Of a stretch of 64,000 nt of DNA, positions 38,718-50,690 are shown piece by piece. Position 1 is the stretch's first letter. Each line of letters starts with the position of its first letter. The notes beneath the pieces are model-generated. The model made no database searches. It was not told the origin of the DNA and saw only the letters and a list, made by a program, of their open reading frames with translations. The position numbers and the translations under genes were made by a program. Origin of the DNA: Ylistrum balloti (Eukaryota); the NCBI RefSeq assembly GCF_031769215.1, contig NW_026781895.1:62001-126000 (forward strand), in the 5' to 3' direction.

Positions 38718-41300
38718 CAGATTGACAGTACATTCTATTGTTCCTTTAGCCAATCTGAACAAAGAACCCTCGTCTTATTGACAGTAAATTCTATTGTTCC
38801 TTTAGCCAATCTGCTAGAACAAAGAACTCTCATCTTATTGACAGTAAATTCTATTGTTCCTTTAGCCAATCTGCTAGAACAAAGAACCCTCATCTTATTG
38901 ACAGTAAATACTATTGTTCCTTTAGCCAATCTGCTAGAACAAAGAACTCTCATCTTATTGACAGTAAATTCTATTGTTCCTTTAGCCAACCTGAACAAAG
39001 AACCCTCGTCTTATTGACAGTAAATTCTATTGTTCCTTTAGCCAATCTGCTAGAACAAAGAACCCTCGTCTTATTGACAGTAAATTCTATTGTTCCTTTA
39101 GCCAATCTGCTAGAACAAAGAACTCTCATCTTATTGACAGTAAATTCTATTGTTCCTTTAGCCAATCTGAACAAAGAACCCTCATCTTATTGACAGTAAA
39201 TTCTATTGTTCCTTTAGCCAATCTGCTAGAACAAAGAACCCTCGTCTTATTGACAGTAAATTCTATTGTTCCTTTAGCCAATCTGCTAGAACAAAGAACC
39301 CTCATCTTATTGACAGTAAATTCTATTGTTCCTTTAGCCAATCTGATAGAACAAAGAACCCTCGTCTTATTGACAGTAAATTCTATTGTTCCTTTAGCCA
39401 ATCTGCTAGAACAAAGAACCCTCGTCTTATTGACAGTAAATACTATTGTTCCTTTCGCCAATCTGCTAGAAGAAAGAACTCTCGTCTTATTGACAGTAAA
39501 TTCTATTGTTCCTTTAGCCAACCTGAACAAAGAACTCTGTCTTATTGACAGTAAATTCTATTGTTCCTTTAGCCAATCTGCTAGAACAAAGAACTCTCGT
39601 CTTATTGACAGTAAATTCTATTGTTCCTTTAGCCAACCTGAACAAAGAACCCTCGTCTTATTGACAGTAAATTCTATTGTTCCTTTAGCCAACCTGAACA
39701 AAGAACCCTCGTCTTATTGACAGTAAATTCTATTGTTCCTTTAGCCAATCTGCTAGAACAAAGAACTCTCATCTTATTGACAGTAGATTCTATTGTTCCT
39801 TTAGCCAACCTGAACAAAGAACTCTCGTCTTATTGACAGTAAATTCTATTGTTCCTTTAGCCAATCTGCTAGAACAAAGAACCCTCGTCTTATTGACAGT
39901 AAATTCTATTGTTCCTTCCTTTAGCCAATCTGCTAGAACAAAGAACCCTCGTCTTATTGACAGTAAATTCTGTTGTTCCTTTAGCCAACCTGAACAAAGA
40001 ACCCTCGTCTTATTGACAGTAAATTCTATTGTTCCTTTAGCCAATCTGCTAGAACAAAGAACCCTCGTCTTATTGACAGTAAATTCTATTGTTCCTTTAG
40101 CCAACCTGAACAAAGAACCCTCGTCTTATTGACAGTAAATTCTATTGTTCCTTTAGCCAATCTGCTAGAACAAAGAACCCTCGTCTTATTGACAGTAAAT
40201 TCTATTGTTCCTTTAGCCAATCTGCTAGAACAAAGAACTCTCATCTTATTGACAGAAATTGTATTCTTCCTTTAGCCAATCTGAACAAAGAACCCTCATC
40301 TTATTGACAGTAAATACTATTGTTCCTTTAGCCAATCTGCTAGAACAAAGAACCCTCGTCTTATTGACAGTAAATTCTATTGTTCCTTTAGCCAATCTGC
40401 TGAACAAAGAACCCTCATCTTATTGACAGTAAATTCTATTGTTCCTTTAGCCAATCTGATAGAACAAAGAACCCTCGTCTTATTGACAGTAAATTCTATT
40501 GTTCCTTTAGCCAATCTGCTAGAACAAAGAACCCTCGTCTTATTGACAGTAAATTCTATTGTTCCTTTAGCCAATCTGCTAGAACAAAGAACCCTCGTCT
40601 TATTGACAGTAAATTCTATTGTTCCTTTAGCCAACCTGAACAAAGAACTCTGTCTTATTGACAGTAAATTCTATTGTTCCTTTAGCCACTCTGCTAGAAC
40701 AAAGAACTCTCGTCTTATTGACAGTAAATTCTATTGTTCCTTTAGCCAACCTGAACAAAGAACCCTCGTCTTATTGACAGTAAATTCTATTGTTCCTTTA
40801 GCCAACCTGAACAAAGAACCCTCGTCTTATTGACAGTAAATTCTATTGTTCCTTTAGCCAATCTGCTAGAACAAAGAACTCTGAACAAAGAACTCTCGTC
40901 TTATTGACAGTAAATTCTATTGTTCCTTTAGCCAATCTGCTAGAACAAAGAACCCTCGTCTTATTGACAGTAAATTCTATTGTTCCTTCCTTTAGCCAAT
41001 CTGCTAGAACAAAGAACCCTCGTCTTATTGACAGTAAATTCTGTTGTTCCTTTAGCCAATCTGAACAAAGAACCCTCATCTTATTGACAGTAAATACTAT
41101 TGTTCCTTTAGCCAATCTGCTAGAACAAAGAACCCTCGTCTTATTGACAGTAAATTCTATTGTTCCTTTAGCCAATACAAGAACTTCTTATTGACAGTAA
41201 ATTCTATTGTTCCTTTAGCCAATCTGAACAAAGAACTCTCATCTTATTGACAATTTTCTATTGTTTTTTTAACCAATAGACTAGAACAGTACTTTATCAG
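38718..41300. repeat. 63-bp (and 59-bp variant) minisatellite, about 41 copies
   Basis: Unit TTGACAGTAAATTCTATTGTTCCTTTAGCCAATCTGCTAGAACAAAGAACCCTCGTCTTA-like. Confidence 0.96.
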
Positions 41301-41475
41301 ATGGACAGTAAATTATTTTGTTTCCTCACCTATGTGCTGGAACAAATTGTTAACCAGATTGGCAGTAATTCTACAGAAAGCGACCACGATGATATTTGGC
41401 AGACCTGTGTGCAGTGTGACATGTATTAAATAATAAGTTTAACTGCTTGTATATTTCCATTATGTGTGACTTGTG

Positions 41476-42400
41476 ATATCTACGCCTGTTAAATTCATCA
41501 CACAAAAGTGTTAATCTTATCACCATCTCGTTACACTACTTTCAGTCTTGGTATACAAAGATTATACTACAGCCGAAAAGGTTCTGTAAGCTATTACTTT
41601 CTCGTCACACTACTTTCAGTCTTGGTATACAAAGATTATACTACAGCCGAAAAAGTCCTGTAAGCTATTACCACCTCGTCACACTACTTTCAGTCTTGGT
41701 ATACAAAGATTATACTACAGCCGAAAGGTCCTGTAAGCTATTACCACCTCGTCACACTACTTTCAGTCTTGGTATACAAAGATTATACTACAGCCGAAAT
41801 GACCTGATATCTACACGTGTCATATTCATCACACAAAAGTGTTAATCTTATCACCATCTCGTTACACTACTTTCCGTCTTAGCATTCGAAAGATAGTCGA
41901 AAGATTATACTACAGCCGAAAGGTCCTTTAAGCTATTACTATCTCGTCATACTACTTTCAGTCTTGGTATACACAAGATTATACTACAGCCGAAAGGTCC
42001 TGTAAGCTATTACCACCTCGTCACACTACTTTCAGGCTTGGTATACAAAGATTATACTACAGCCGAAAGGTCCTGTAAGCTATTACCACCTCGTCACACT
42101 ACTTTCAGGCTTGGTATACAAAGATTATACTACAGCCGAAAGGTCCTGTAAGCTATTACTATCTCGTCATACTACTTTCAGTCTTGGTATACACAAGATT
42201 ATAATACAGCCGAAAGGTCCTATAAACTATTAACATTTCGTCACAGTATTTTCCATCTAAATGTACAATCATAATACACAACAGCCGAAAGGTCCTGTGG
42301 ATTCGTTACCATCTCGTCACACTACTTCCCATCATGGTATACAAACAATTATACACAGCCGAAACGTCCTGTGGATTCGTTACCATCTCGTAAACAGTAT
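41476..42400. repeat. 73-74-bp minisatellite, about 10 copies, with a duplicated leader block
   Basis: ACACTACT recurs at 41533, 41607, 41681 and 41754; the leader GATATCTAC...CATCACACAAAAGTGTTAATC occurs at about 41476 and about 41807. Confidence 0.9.
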
Positions 42401-42859
42401 ACCTCAATACCAAGAAACGTCACACAGAACTTTTTATTCGCTTTATGTTACCAACTGAAGAAATGTTCGGAGATACAGGTATATTTACCTACCAGTGACT
42501 TTATCAGCACTACCTTTTATGTTTTAGATGATATTCGTTATCTCTTATTGTAGAGAACTGATTCTTTAAAAGTGCAAGTCATCATATTTGAGGTTTTTTA
42601 ATGTAAAACCAATTTTCATGAGGTAATACTTACCATAACTTTAGTATGCAAATATGGTACCTACACCCATCTTTGTATCCCAAAAACAAAAGATTAAAAA
42701 ATCCCGCCCTCCCTACGACCATGAGCCTTCACGTCATGAACATAGAGTTATCTCCCTTCCTCTTAGCCTTTATGGGGCACCCGCAGAGGGGCAGTCAGGC
42801 AGATAGGAAGAGGGGAGGATAGGGTGGGACTCCATAAAGTTATGGTAAGTATCATCTGT

Positions 42860-43478
42860 AAACGTATCCCTGCCCCGCCAGAAGGCAGCAGACATGACCT
42901 CCTGAAAGGAGGACCCTTTAAGAAGGGCCCAGGACGCAGCGAGGGCCTTTACCTCATGAGCCCACACTCTCACCCTCGCCCAAGCCTGGTCATCAGAGTG
43001 CTCATAAGCATACTTAATGACCTGGCATACCCACCTAGACACCGACTGGGAGGAGATGTCTCGCTGTCCCTGTTTGATAGGCAAAAATAGACGGGATCTG
43101 GAGCCCCGCTAGATAAAACCTAAGAGCCCTACAGGGACAAAGCAATCTATCCCTCTCCTCCGAGCTAGTCAAAGCCGGAATCTTGATGGGATCGGGCGAG
43201 AACCCCGGGACATGATTCTTCGCAAGGAACGAAGGATCAGTTAGAAGAGTAACGGCAGCGTAGCCTCTGGACCAACGAAGACAGGAAGGAAGTGACGACA
43301 GGGCGTGCACTTCACTCCTCCTACGTCCAGAGGCCAGAGCCAAAAGGAAGACTGTCTTGAAAGTTAGAAACTTCAAAGAGGCAGACTCCGTAGGCTCATA
43401 AGGTGACCTCGTCAGGGAATCTAGCACCAAGGCTAAATTCCACTGCGGGGCCAGCTGCCGAACTCTGGGTCTATCCAA
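42860..43478 (-). pseudogene. DIRS tyrosine recombinase, frameshifted and C-terminally deleted
   Basis: LLALASGRRRSEVHAL, LCPCRAL and AHEVKALAASWA are present. The SAM-like N-terminal part YQSRWKIFCNWC lies at the end of ORF 43520-45268. Confidence 0.8.
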
Positions 43479-46400
43479 AGCGAAGCCTCTGATTAGGGCA
43501 GAAAGAGATGAGGAAGAACCTATCTCCTGAACAGCTGAACAGAGGCTTCGAATGGATCAACCTCCCTGCCGACACACCAATTACAGAAGATCTTCCATCT
43601 GGACTGGTAGACGGCAGAAGAGGAAGCCCTGATAGATCGCGCGATGCGATCTGACACCTCTTGAGAAAAGCCTGCCTTGGCGAGGCTTCCAGAGATAGCC
43701 TCCACGCGTGAAGGTGGAGGATCTCTGGTCGAGAGTGTGTCGTCCTGGACCGAGGCTGACGCAGGAGATTCGGTCTGGTGGGGAGAGCCAGGGGCTCCTC
43801 CACCAGAAACGACAAGAGCTCCGGAAACCAAGGCTGCCTCGGCCACAGGGGGGCTATCAGAAGTAAGGAGCAGTGATGCTCCCTGAACTTCTGAAGCACC
43901 CTGCCCACCAGGTTGAAGGGAGGGAATGCATAAGCATGCATCCCGTCCCAGTCCAGAGAAAGGGCATCCACAGCCCAAGCCTTCGGATCTGGGATGAAGG
44001 TTGGCAGCTGATTGTTCAGAGAAGTGGCAAACAGATCTATCAAAGGCCTGTCCCACACCTGACAAATTCCCCGGAAGACCGAGGGACACAGCTGCCATTC
44101 CGTCAACACCGGTTGGCGGCACCTGGAGAGGGTATCTGCCAACACATTCAACCTGCCCAAAAGATGCTTGACCACAATGGACAATTGCATCTCCTGACAG
44201 AGGAGCAGGATGCGGATGGAGAGGGCACACAGGACGTGAGACCTGGTGCTTCCTTGTCTCTCCAGATACGCGACAACTGTAGAGTTGTCGGTAGCCACAC
44301 AAATCGCCTTGGACTGCAGGAACCCCCGAAAGGATTGCAGTGCCAAAAGAACTGCCCTCATCTTGAGCACATTGATGTGATCCGAGAGCTGATCCCCAGA
44401 CCGCTCCCCCGAGCGACAATGGCCGTCGAGGTAAGCTCCCCATCCTGTCATGGAAGCATACGTGAACAGGGTCATAGAGGGGACAGGCTTGGTCAGAGGA
44501 ACCCCACGGAGAACATTCTCCCGAATGGTCCACCAGCGAGCGAACTCCCTGACTGACTGAGTGAGAGTTATCCAGGCCTCCCACTTCCTGGATGACGGAA
44601 CCCAGTTGGACAGGAGGAACATCTGGAGAGGTCTGATGTGAAGTCTCCCTAGAGGGACCACATCTGCCAGGGCGTTGAGATACCCCAGAAAACTGAGGAA
44701 CCAACGCACCTGGACCTGCGACCGTTCGATGAAGGACAGAGCTAGAGCCCTGGCCTTCTCGAACTTCTCCACCGATGGTAGGGCTATGCCCAGAACCGTA
44801 TCGAAACGATTCCCCAGGAAGTCCTGAGATGGGGAAACCTCTGACCTCTCTCTGGAAGGAATGAAGCCGACTCTGAGCAAGACTTTCAGGACCAGCCGGG
44901 TATCCTTCACTAACGATTCCCTCACCCTGTGAAGCATAAAGGAGTCGTCGAAATAGATGTGGACGTCTATTCCGCGAGAGTGAAGGAATCCCACAACTAC
45001 CTGCAGCAGCTTGGTGAACACCAAGGGAGCTGTCGTCAGCCCGAAGTGCATGGCCCGGAATTGGAAGGCCTTGCTGTTGCACGTGAAACGGAGGAACTTC
45101 CGTGCCGACTTCTTGATGGGGATATGGAAATAGGCATCCTTCAGATCTACTGAAGTTGCCCACATCCCGTCCCTCACGGAGGCCATGATGCCCCGTGGGG
45201 TCTCCATCTTGAAGTGAGGAGAATCTATGTGCCTGTTGAAGGCACTGAGATCTATGATCGGGTGCCACTCTCCGGACTTCTTCCGAACGAGAAACATTCG
45301 GGAGTAGAAACCGGGAGTGATTTCCGACATAGGAATCTCCTCTACCGCGCCCTTTGCAAGCAAGGTCCTTACTTCCTCCTGGATTTTTAAGATTGAAAAT
45401 TGCCTTGCCAACACGACATTGGCGAGCAGGGAGACCTGTAAGGCCGCCGATGCCCTCAACGCCGCGTTCAGGGCAGCTGTAAGCCTGTCCTGAATGTCGG
45501 CCTGTTCCGTCTCTGGTACCCGACCCTCAGGCAAGTCAGATACCTTGTATAGACTCACAGTCAGGAAGTCTATGTAAGACAGAACTTGGATGGAAAGGTG
45601 CAACATCCTCTCCATCCTGTGGTGCTCTCTAGCCTCGAGCACCACCTGGTCCACCGATTTGCCGGGCCAGGCAGCCAACTCCCTCGACTCCAGCTTTGCT
45701 GGTTGAGGGGCCAGTTGCCCGTCATGTGTAGCGTAGTCAGCGGTAGAAGCCTCTGACAAATCGCCAACACCGAGCTGCAGACCGGCAAACCCTGGGGTGC
45801 GGGTAGATGAAGGATTCTTCTCCAAAACCCGTGCCTGGGCGGTGGCCAGAGCCGAAGACACAATGGTGCCTTCTGGCAGAGTCCGATCAGTACGAACGGA
45901 AGCCCGAGGAGCCACCAAAGAACCTAGAAGGGTGGTGGACTCGGGCACCGACAATGCAGAAGGCGGTGGGCATACCTCCGCTCCGAGAAGCCAAGAAATG
46001 TCGGCCCGTAGGGGCCGCATCCCCGAAAGAACATGCTGAGCCTCGGTTTCAGCAATCTCGGAGCCCCCTACCTCCTGGGAACCCTCCTGGTCGGAAGGGT
46101 CATCTGTCGATGACTCGGACGGATCAATCGCCGAGCACCCAGGAGACAGATGGATAACAACGTCATCCTCTGCCAAGCCCACGCCCTCAGCGTCCATCTC
46201 CTCCTCGCTAGCGACCGAAGTCGCCCTGGGAGGAACAGGGGCCGCCAGAGGAGACCTCTCCGGAGAGGGGGACTCCTCTATACGGCGTTTAGACGTAGAA
46301 CGTCTAACAGCCGAAGCTGTAGGCTTAGAAGCCAACCCCTGAGGACAGGAGACCGACGGGTCCGCGCGGGAGGCGGAAGTCCTAAAGGTCCGACGAACCT

Positions 46401-46542
46401 TTTTAGGACCGGCCGAAATGGCCCCCAAAGTAGCAGAGCGTTGGGGGGATTCAGCACTGCTAAAATGTCTCCTAGAGGGAGAGACCATACCCCAAGGGTT
46501 CCTGCTCTCCGTAGAAGTGAGAACACCCATGTGCCGAATCAC
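43471..46542 (-). CDS. DIRS fused gag/pol: gag-like region, RT, RNase H (mutated) and DNA N6-adenine methyltransferase-like domain
   Basis: RT motifs FYSRMFLV.KKSG..HPIIDL, DLKDAYFH and YFDD. RNase H motifs TYAS, HINVLKMRA, TDNSTVVAY and LADTLSR. MTase motifs IDLFAT and AYAFPPF. Confidence 0.85.
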   Translation of the reverse strand: MIRHMGVLTSTESRNPWGMVSPSRRHFSSAESPQRSATLGAISAGPKKVRRTFRTSASRADPSVSCPQGLASKPTASAVRRSTSKRRIEESPSPERSPLAAPVPPRATSVASEEEMDAEGVGLAEDDVVIHLSPGCSAIDPSESSTDDPSDQEGSQEVGGSEIAETEAQHVLSGMRPLRADISWLLGAEVCPPPSALSVPESTTLLGSLVAPRASVRTDRTLPEGTIVSSALATAQARVLEKNPSSTRTPGFAGLQLGVGDLSEASTADYATHDGQLAPQPAKLESRELAAWPGKSVDQVVLEAREHHRMERMLHLSIQVLSYIDFLTVSLYKVSDLPEGRVPETEQADIQDRLTAALNAALRASAALQVSLLANVVLARQFSILKIQEEVRTLLAKGAVEEIPMSEITPGFYSRMFLVRKKSGEWHPIIDLSAFNRHIDSPHFKMETPRGIMASVRDGMWATSVDLKDAYFHIPIKKSARKFLRFTCNSKAFQFRAMHFGLTTAPLVFTKLLQVVVGFLHSRGIDVHIYFDDSFMLHRVRESLVKDTRLVLKVLLRVGFIPSRERSEVSPSQDFLGNRFDTVLGIALPSVEKFEKARALALSFIERSQVQVRWFLSFLGYLNALADVVPLGRLHIRPLQMFLLSNWVPSSRKWEAWITLTQSVREFARWWTIRENVLRGVPLTKPVPSMTLFTYASMTGWGAYLDGHCRSGERSGDQLSDHINVLKMRAVLLALQSFRGFLQSKAICVATDNSTVVAYLERQGSTRSHVLCALSIRILLLCQEMQLSIVVKHLLGRLNVLADTLSRCRQPVLTEWQLCPSVFRGICQVWDRPLIDLFATSLNNQLPTFIPDPKAWAVDALSLDWDGMHAYAFPPFNLVGRVLQKFREHHCSLLLIAPLWPRQPWFPELLSFLVEEPLALPTRPNLLRQPRSRTTHSRPEILHLHAWRLSLEASPRQAFLKRCQIASRDLSGLPLLPSTSPDGRSSVIGVSAGRLIHSKPLFSCSGDRFFLISFCPNQRLRFG

Positions 46543-47464
46543 GACGCAGCCCTGAATCCATAATTGTTACGAAATAAATAATCAAATAACAACAGTTATT
46601 AATACAAATAAACGTAACAAAAATAAAACTCCAACAAACAAATACGAACGAAAGCAAAAGCTAACGAAACGTAAAAAAGCTAAGCAAAATATATGGTCAA
46701 ATAAATTATACGACCGATAAAAAGCGAAAAGCACTTCACAAAAAAAAAAAAAAAAACGAACAGCGCAAAACATGCCTAAAAGCAGGATATATTAACAAAA
46801 TAAACGTCTGCAAAAGACTGTTAAAGTTAACGATGGGTTAAAGCAATAAGCCGATATATAAATACTCGGCTAAAAGCTAGACTTAAGCTAGAAAGAAAAG
46901 GAAGGCACTCAGCTGAATATAGCACGTCCGCCCGCTCCGATAGCCATAAAGATAAGAGGAAGGGAGATAACTCTATGTTCATGACGAAGGCTCATGGTCG
47001 TAGGGAGGGCAGGATTTTTGAATCTTTTGTTTTTGGGATACAAAGATGGGTGTAGGTACCATATTTGCATACTAAAGTTATGGTAATTATTACTGAAATG
47101 AAAGTAACTTATTAAGCCAACACCTCGTCATCAACTCCATAAATGATAAATACTACATAGGATACATATTTCATAATTTGGTAAAACATAGGATCGATAT
47201 TGCACGTGGAATAAATGTCAGGTTGGTTTGCCATACTCTGCGATAAATCATGCTCCTTACTAAAACAAAAAACAATTAGGCCAAAAGGAAGAGAATTTTT
47301 CCTTTGGTATGTCAATAGTCTATTAGAACATGTTACCAAAAAAATCCACAATTTCACGAATGCATCCTGAATATACTTGCTTGCCACGTTTTAGTTTACA
47401 ACCATATACTTGTATCGCAATTCACCTTTCTTTTAAGGTCCCCTTCAATGTAAAATAGGGTAAG

Positions 47465-48160
47465 ATAGTGTACAGCATAGACAAATAAATAATACAGACA
47501 CGAAATGGTACTGAGATACAGCTTGTGTCGTGGGTAAGGTAGTGTACAGCATAGACAAATAGATATTACAGACACGAAATGGTACTGAGATACAGCTTGT
47601 GTCGTGGGTAAGGTAGTGTACAGCATAGACAAATATATATTACAGACACGAAATAGTACTGAGATACAGCTTGTGTCGTGGGTAAGGTAGTGTACAGCAT
47701 AGACAAATAAATATTACAGACACGAAATAGTACTGAGATACAGCTTGTGTCGTGGGTAATACAGCATAGACAAATAAATATTACAGACACGAAATGGTAC
47801 TGAGATACAGCTTGTGTCGTGGGTAATACAGCATAGACAAATAAATATTACAGACACGAAATGGTACTGAGATACAGCTTGTGTCGTGGGTAATACAGCA
47901 TAGACAAATAAATATTACAGACACGAAATGGTACTGAGATACAGCTTGTGTCGTGGGTAATACAGCATAGACAAATAGATATTACAGACACGAAATAGTA
48001 CTGAGATACAGCTTGTGTCGTGGGTAAGGTAGTGTACAGCATAGACAAATAAATATTACAGACACGAAATAGTACTGAGATACAGCTTGTGTCGTGGGTA
48101 ATACAGCATAGACAAGTAAATATTACAGACACGAAATGGTACTGAGATACAGCTTGTGTC
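47465..48160. repeat. 67/74-bp minisatellite, about 10 copies
   Basis: CAGCATAGAC recurs with 67-bp (47762, 47829, 47896) or about 74-bp spacing. Confidence 0.92.
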
Positions 48161-48399
48161 ATGTATCTTCACAGCAAGTACTGTGGTGAGAACATAATGT
48201 TGAGTTGTGACATGATAAACACTACCAAGAAATAATCAATGCCTATTAGAACTTATATTGATTTACTAGTGATATGCATTATTTGATATGGACATAGAGA
48301 CTCGCACTCTTTGTCCATAATTTTGTTATAAAATGCCATTAGAATGACATTGTTTCTGATTTATTAAACAGGGAGTCTCGCTGCTTTATTTCGCTTCTG

Positions 48400-48700
48400 A
48401 CGGAATCCAGCTTCTTTCTGGTACATCTACTATGCGATTAGACTTGATAATTTGTGCGTAAATGACAATCAAATTTCAATCCGACAAATTGGAAGATTTA
48501 CATTGTAAAATTCTACAGGAAAAAGATGTAGTGGTGGTAAGGGGAATTTTACCAACTTCAACAAGGGATACAATCACTGAAATATGGACGAAAAAGGAGC
48601 AAAATATACAGACTTGTGCATGGTATGGACAATCCGAGTCAGAAAGATCGCAAAATGACCCAGTCATCAAATGAGACCAGAACAAGGGCCATCATAAGAA
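48400..48700 (+). mobile_element. Possible decayed RTE-like LINE fragment
   Basis: DKLEDLHCKIL...RGIL..STRDTITEIW...WYG weakly resembles the RTE post-RT region. Confidence 0.25.
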
Positions 48701-48739
48701 ATTAGAAAAACAATCTGAACATCATTTTTTACTGATCAA

Positions 48740-49075
48740 GTTGTAGACCACTAGAACAGTTTGCCAGGAAACTGAATGAACTTCAAATAAACTGGTGATA
48801 CTTAAAGTTTCTGTATGGGTCCCTGTGTGTCTTTCTCTTCCTAAAACGGCATCAGACCCGCTATCGTCCAGGCGGACGCACATTTGTGACGTGCTAAGTT
48901 TTAGGCTGGGTCTACAATAAGGCCAGGGCATCGTCTTCTAAATCATAGTTTAAGAAAAGGTCAAATGGCCCCTTCTCCCCTTCTGCTCATTTTCCTATCT
49001 TTTCTCGTCCGCTGAAAGGCCGAAAGGCTGTGATAGAGGACGTAAAACCCGTTAAATACATAAAATAAAACAATC
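48740..49075 (+). mobile_element. Possible SINE body and 3' tail
   Basis: GC-richer island ending CGTCC...GCCGAAAGGC...GGACGTAAAACCCG followed by an A-rich tail, similar to molluscan SINE 3' ends. No clear A/B box head is visible. Confidence 0.35.
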
Positions 49076-50084
49076 TTCAATCATCAGATGGATGTGAAAT
49101 ACTGATACAAGATTTTCGAATGCAAATTAGTTGCTTGTAGAATCGATGACATTAAAGTGTGTAAATTATTCTTGATTATCTCGACTATATCATCAGATAG
49201 TTCCCTGAGGTAGCTTGTACACCATGGCTGCAGTGCTGTTTTTTCTTCTGGCTCCAACATCAATGTACATTGAATAAATGCACTGAGCGACGGTTTCTCT
49301 TTCGGAACACCTGGTATTATCCTCCTCGTATATTTTCAGGAGTCTGCGTGTAAATTTTATTTTTGTTCAAAGTTGCCCTAGATTTTTTATGTTTGAGTTC
49401 ACATTTTTGATATATTTTTCCCCGCATTGTCTTTTGGGTGTTACACAAGCTGTTTGATTTACTCACTTAAAGTCTGTTAGTGGACCTAGACTTCCTATAG
49501 ATTTCAATAGATCCACAGTAAATGCTCGTTGTATGTTGTTTAAACAAGAGGGCTACGTGTTCGGTGTTTTATAAGCCTGATTCTTTCATGTTTCTTATTG
49601 TTTTATATCCTCTTAGCCGAATGGCTGAATGACTCTCTGATTGTTTGCTGTGAAGGCCGGGAATGATGACGGTAGATAAGAGAACAAAATCGGATGTCCA
49701 ACCAATATAACGTAGTGTATGGTGTAACAGGACAGTTTTCTAACATTATCTCTGTAAAATTGTAAAACTATAACACTGTGTCAGAATTGATGATGCATAT
49801 ACGATATAGATTACAAGTTTTTGTATACATAATTTTTACATTGCTTTGAACATTGTTAGTCTTATGTAATACCGACCCATACAGAGGACATGTTTGACTT
49901 TTATTTGTGTAGGTTACTCTTAGATCAGCCCGAGAATGGTAAATCTGTTATCAAACACGCACCTGATGATTTCACGTGGTCGTTATGTAGTAACTCATGG
50001 TAATCGGCGATCTTATTGTCATTAATCTGGACTGCTGTTGGAATGATGATATTTACAATACATATTTATTCTACTGTAATTGTG

Positions 50085-50580
50085 CATTTGCTACATACTT
50101 TCACATTTGTCACATACACTCATATTTCCTACATATACTCACATATGCTGCATACACTTATATTTGCTACATATATTCACATTTGCTACATACATTCACA
50201 TTACCTACATGCACTCACATTTGCTGCATACACTCAGATTTGCTGCATACCCTCACATTTGCTACATATATTCACATTTGCTACATGCACTCAGATTTGC
50301 TACATACATTCACATTTACTACATGCATTCAGATTTGCTGCATACCCTTACATTTGCTACATACCCTCATATTTGCTACATATATTCACATTTGCTTCAT
50401 ACACTCGCATTTGCTTCATACCCTCATATTTGCTACATATATTCACATTTGCTTCATACACTCACATTTGCTACATACACTCACATTTGCTACATACCCT
50501 TACATTTGCTACATACCCTCACATTTGCTACATACGCTCACATTTGCTACATACGCTCACATTTGCTACATACACTCATA
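50085..50580. repeat. About 20-bp degenerate minisatellite, followed by an (ATT)n microsatellite at about 50661-50690
   Basis: Unit ACACTCACATTTGCTACAT-like. Confidence 0.9.
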
Positions 50581-50654
50581 TTCGGTTTCATACATTGCAT
50601 CTGTACATACATTATTTGTGCTATCCATTGATATCTAGAATTTTTCATTCTTTA

Positions 50655-50690
<36 letters not shown>

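Larger units (their letters stand above)
42605..47103 (-). mobile_element. DIRS1-like tyrosine recombinase retrotransposon, about 4.5 kb, defective
   Basis: About 150-bp inverted terminal repeats at 42623-42775 and 46944-47093, differing at a handful of positions. An ICR-like copy of the terminus lies at 42836-42857. Gag-RT-RNaseH-MTase ORF and YR ORF are present, with T-tract termini and no TSD. Confidence 0.93.

Noticed and set aside
35059-41194. Multiple repeat ORFs (YICMTRLMLS, TVNSIVPLANLL and others)
   Set aside because: Translations of satellites whose units are multiples of 3.
43677-46563. Plus-strand ORFs within the DIRS element
   Set aside because: Antisense shadows of a GC-rich coding region with no recognisable motifs.
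49005-49055. Hammerhead ribozyme-like CTGAAAGGCCGAAAGGC
   Set aside because: The core is not CUGANGA and no GAAA follows stem II; it fits a SINE 3' hairpin better.
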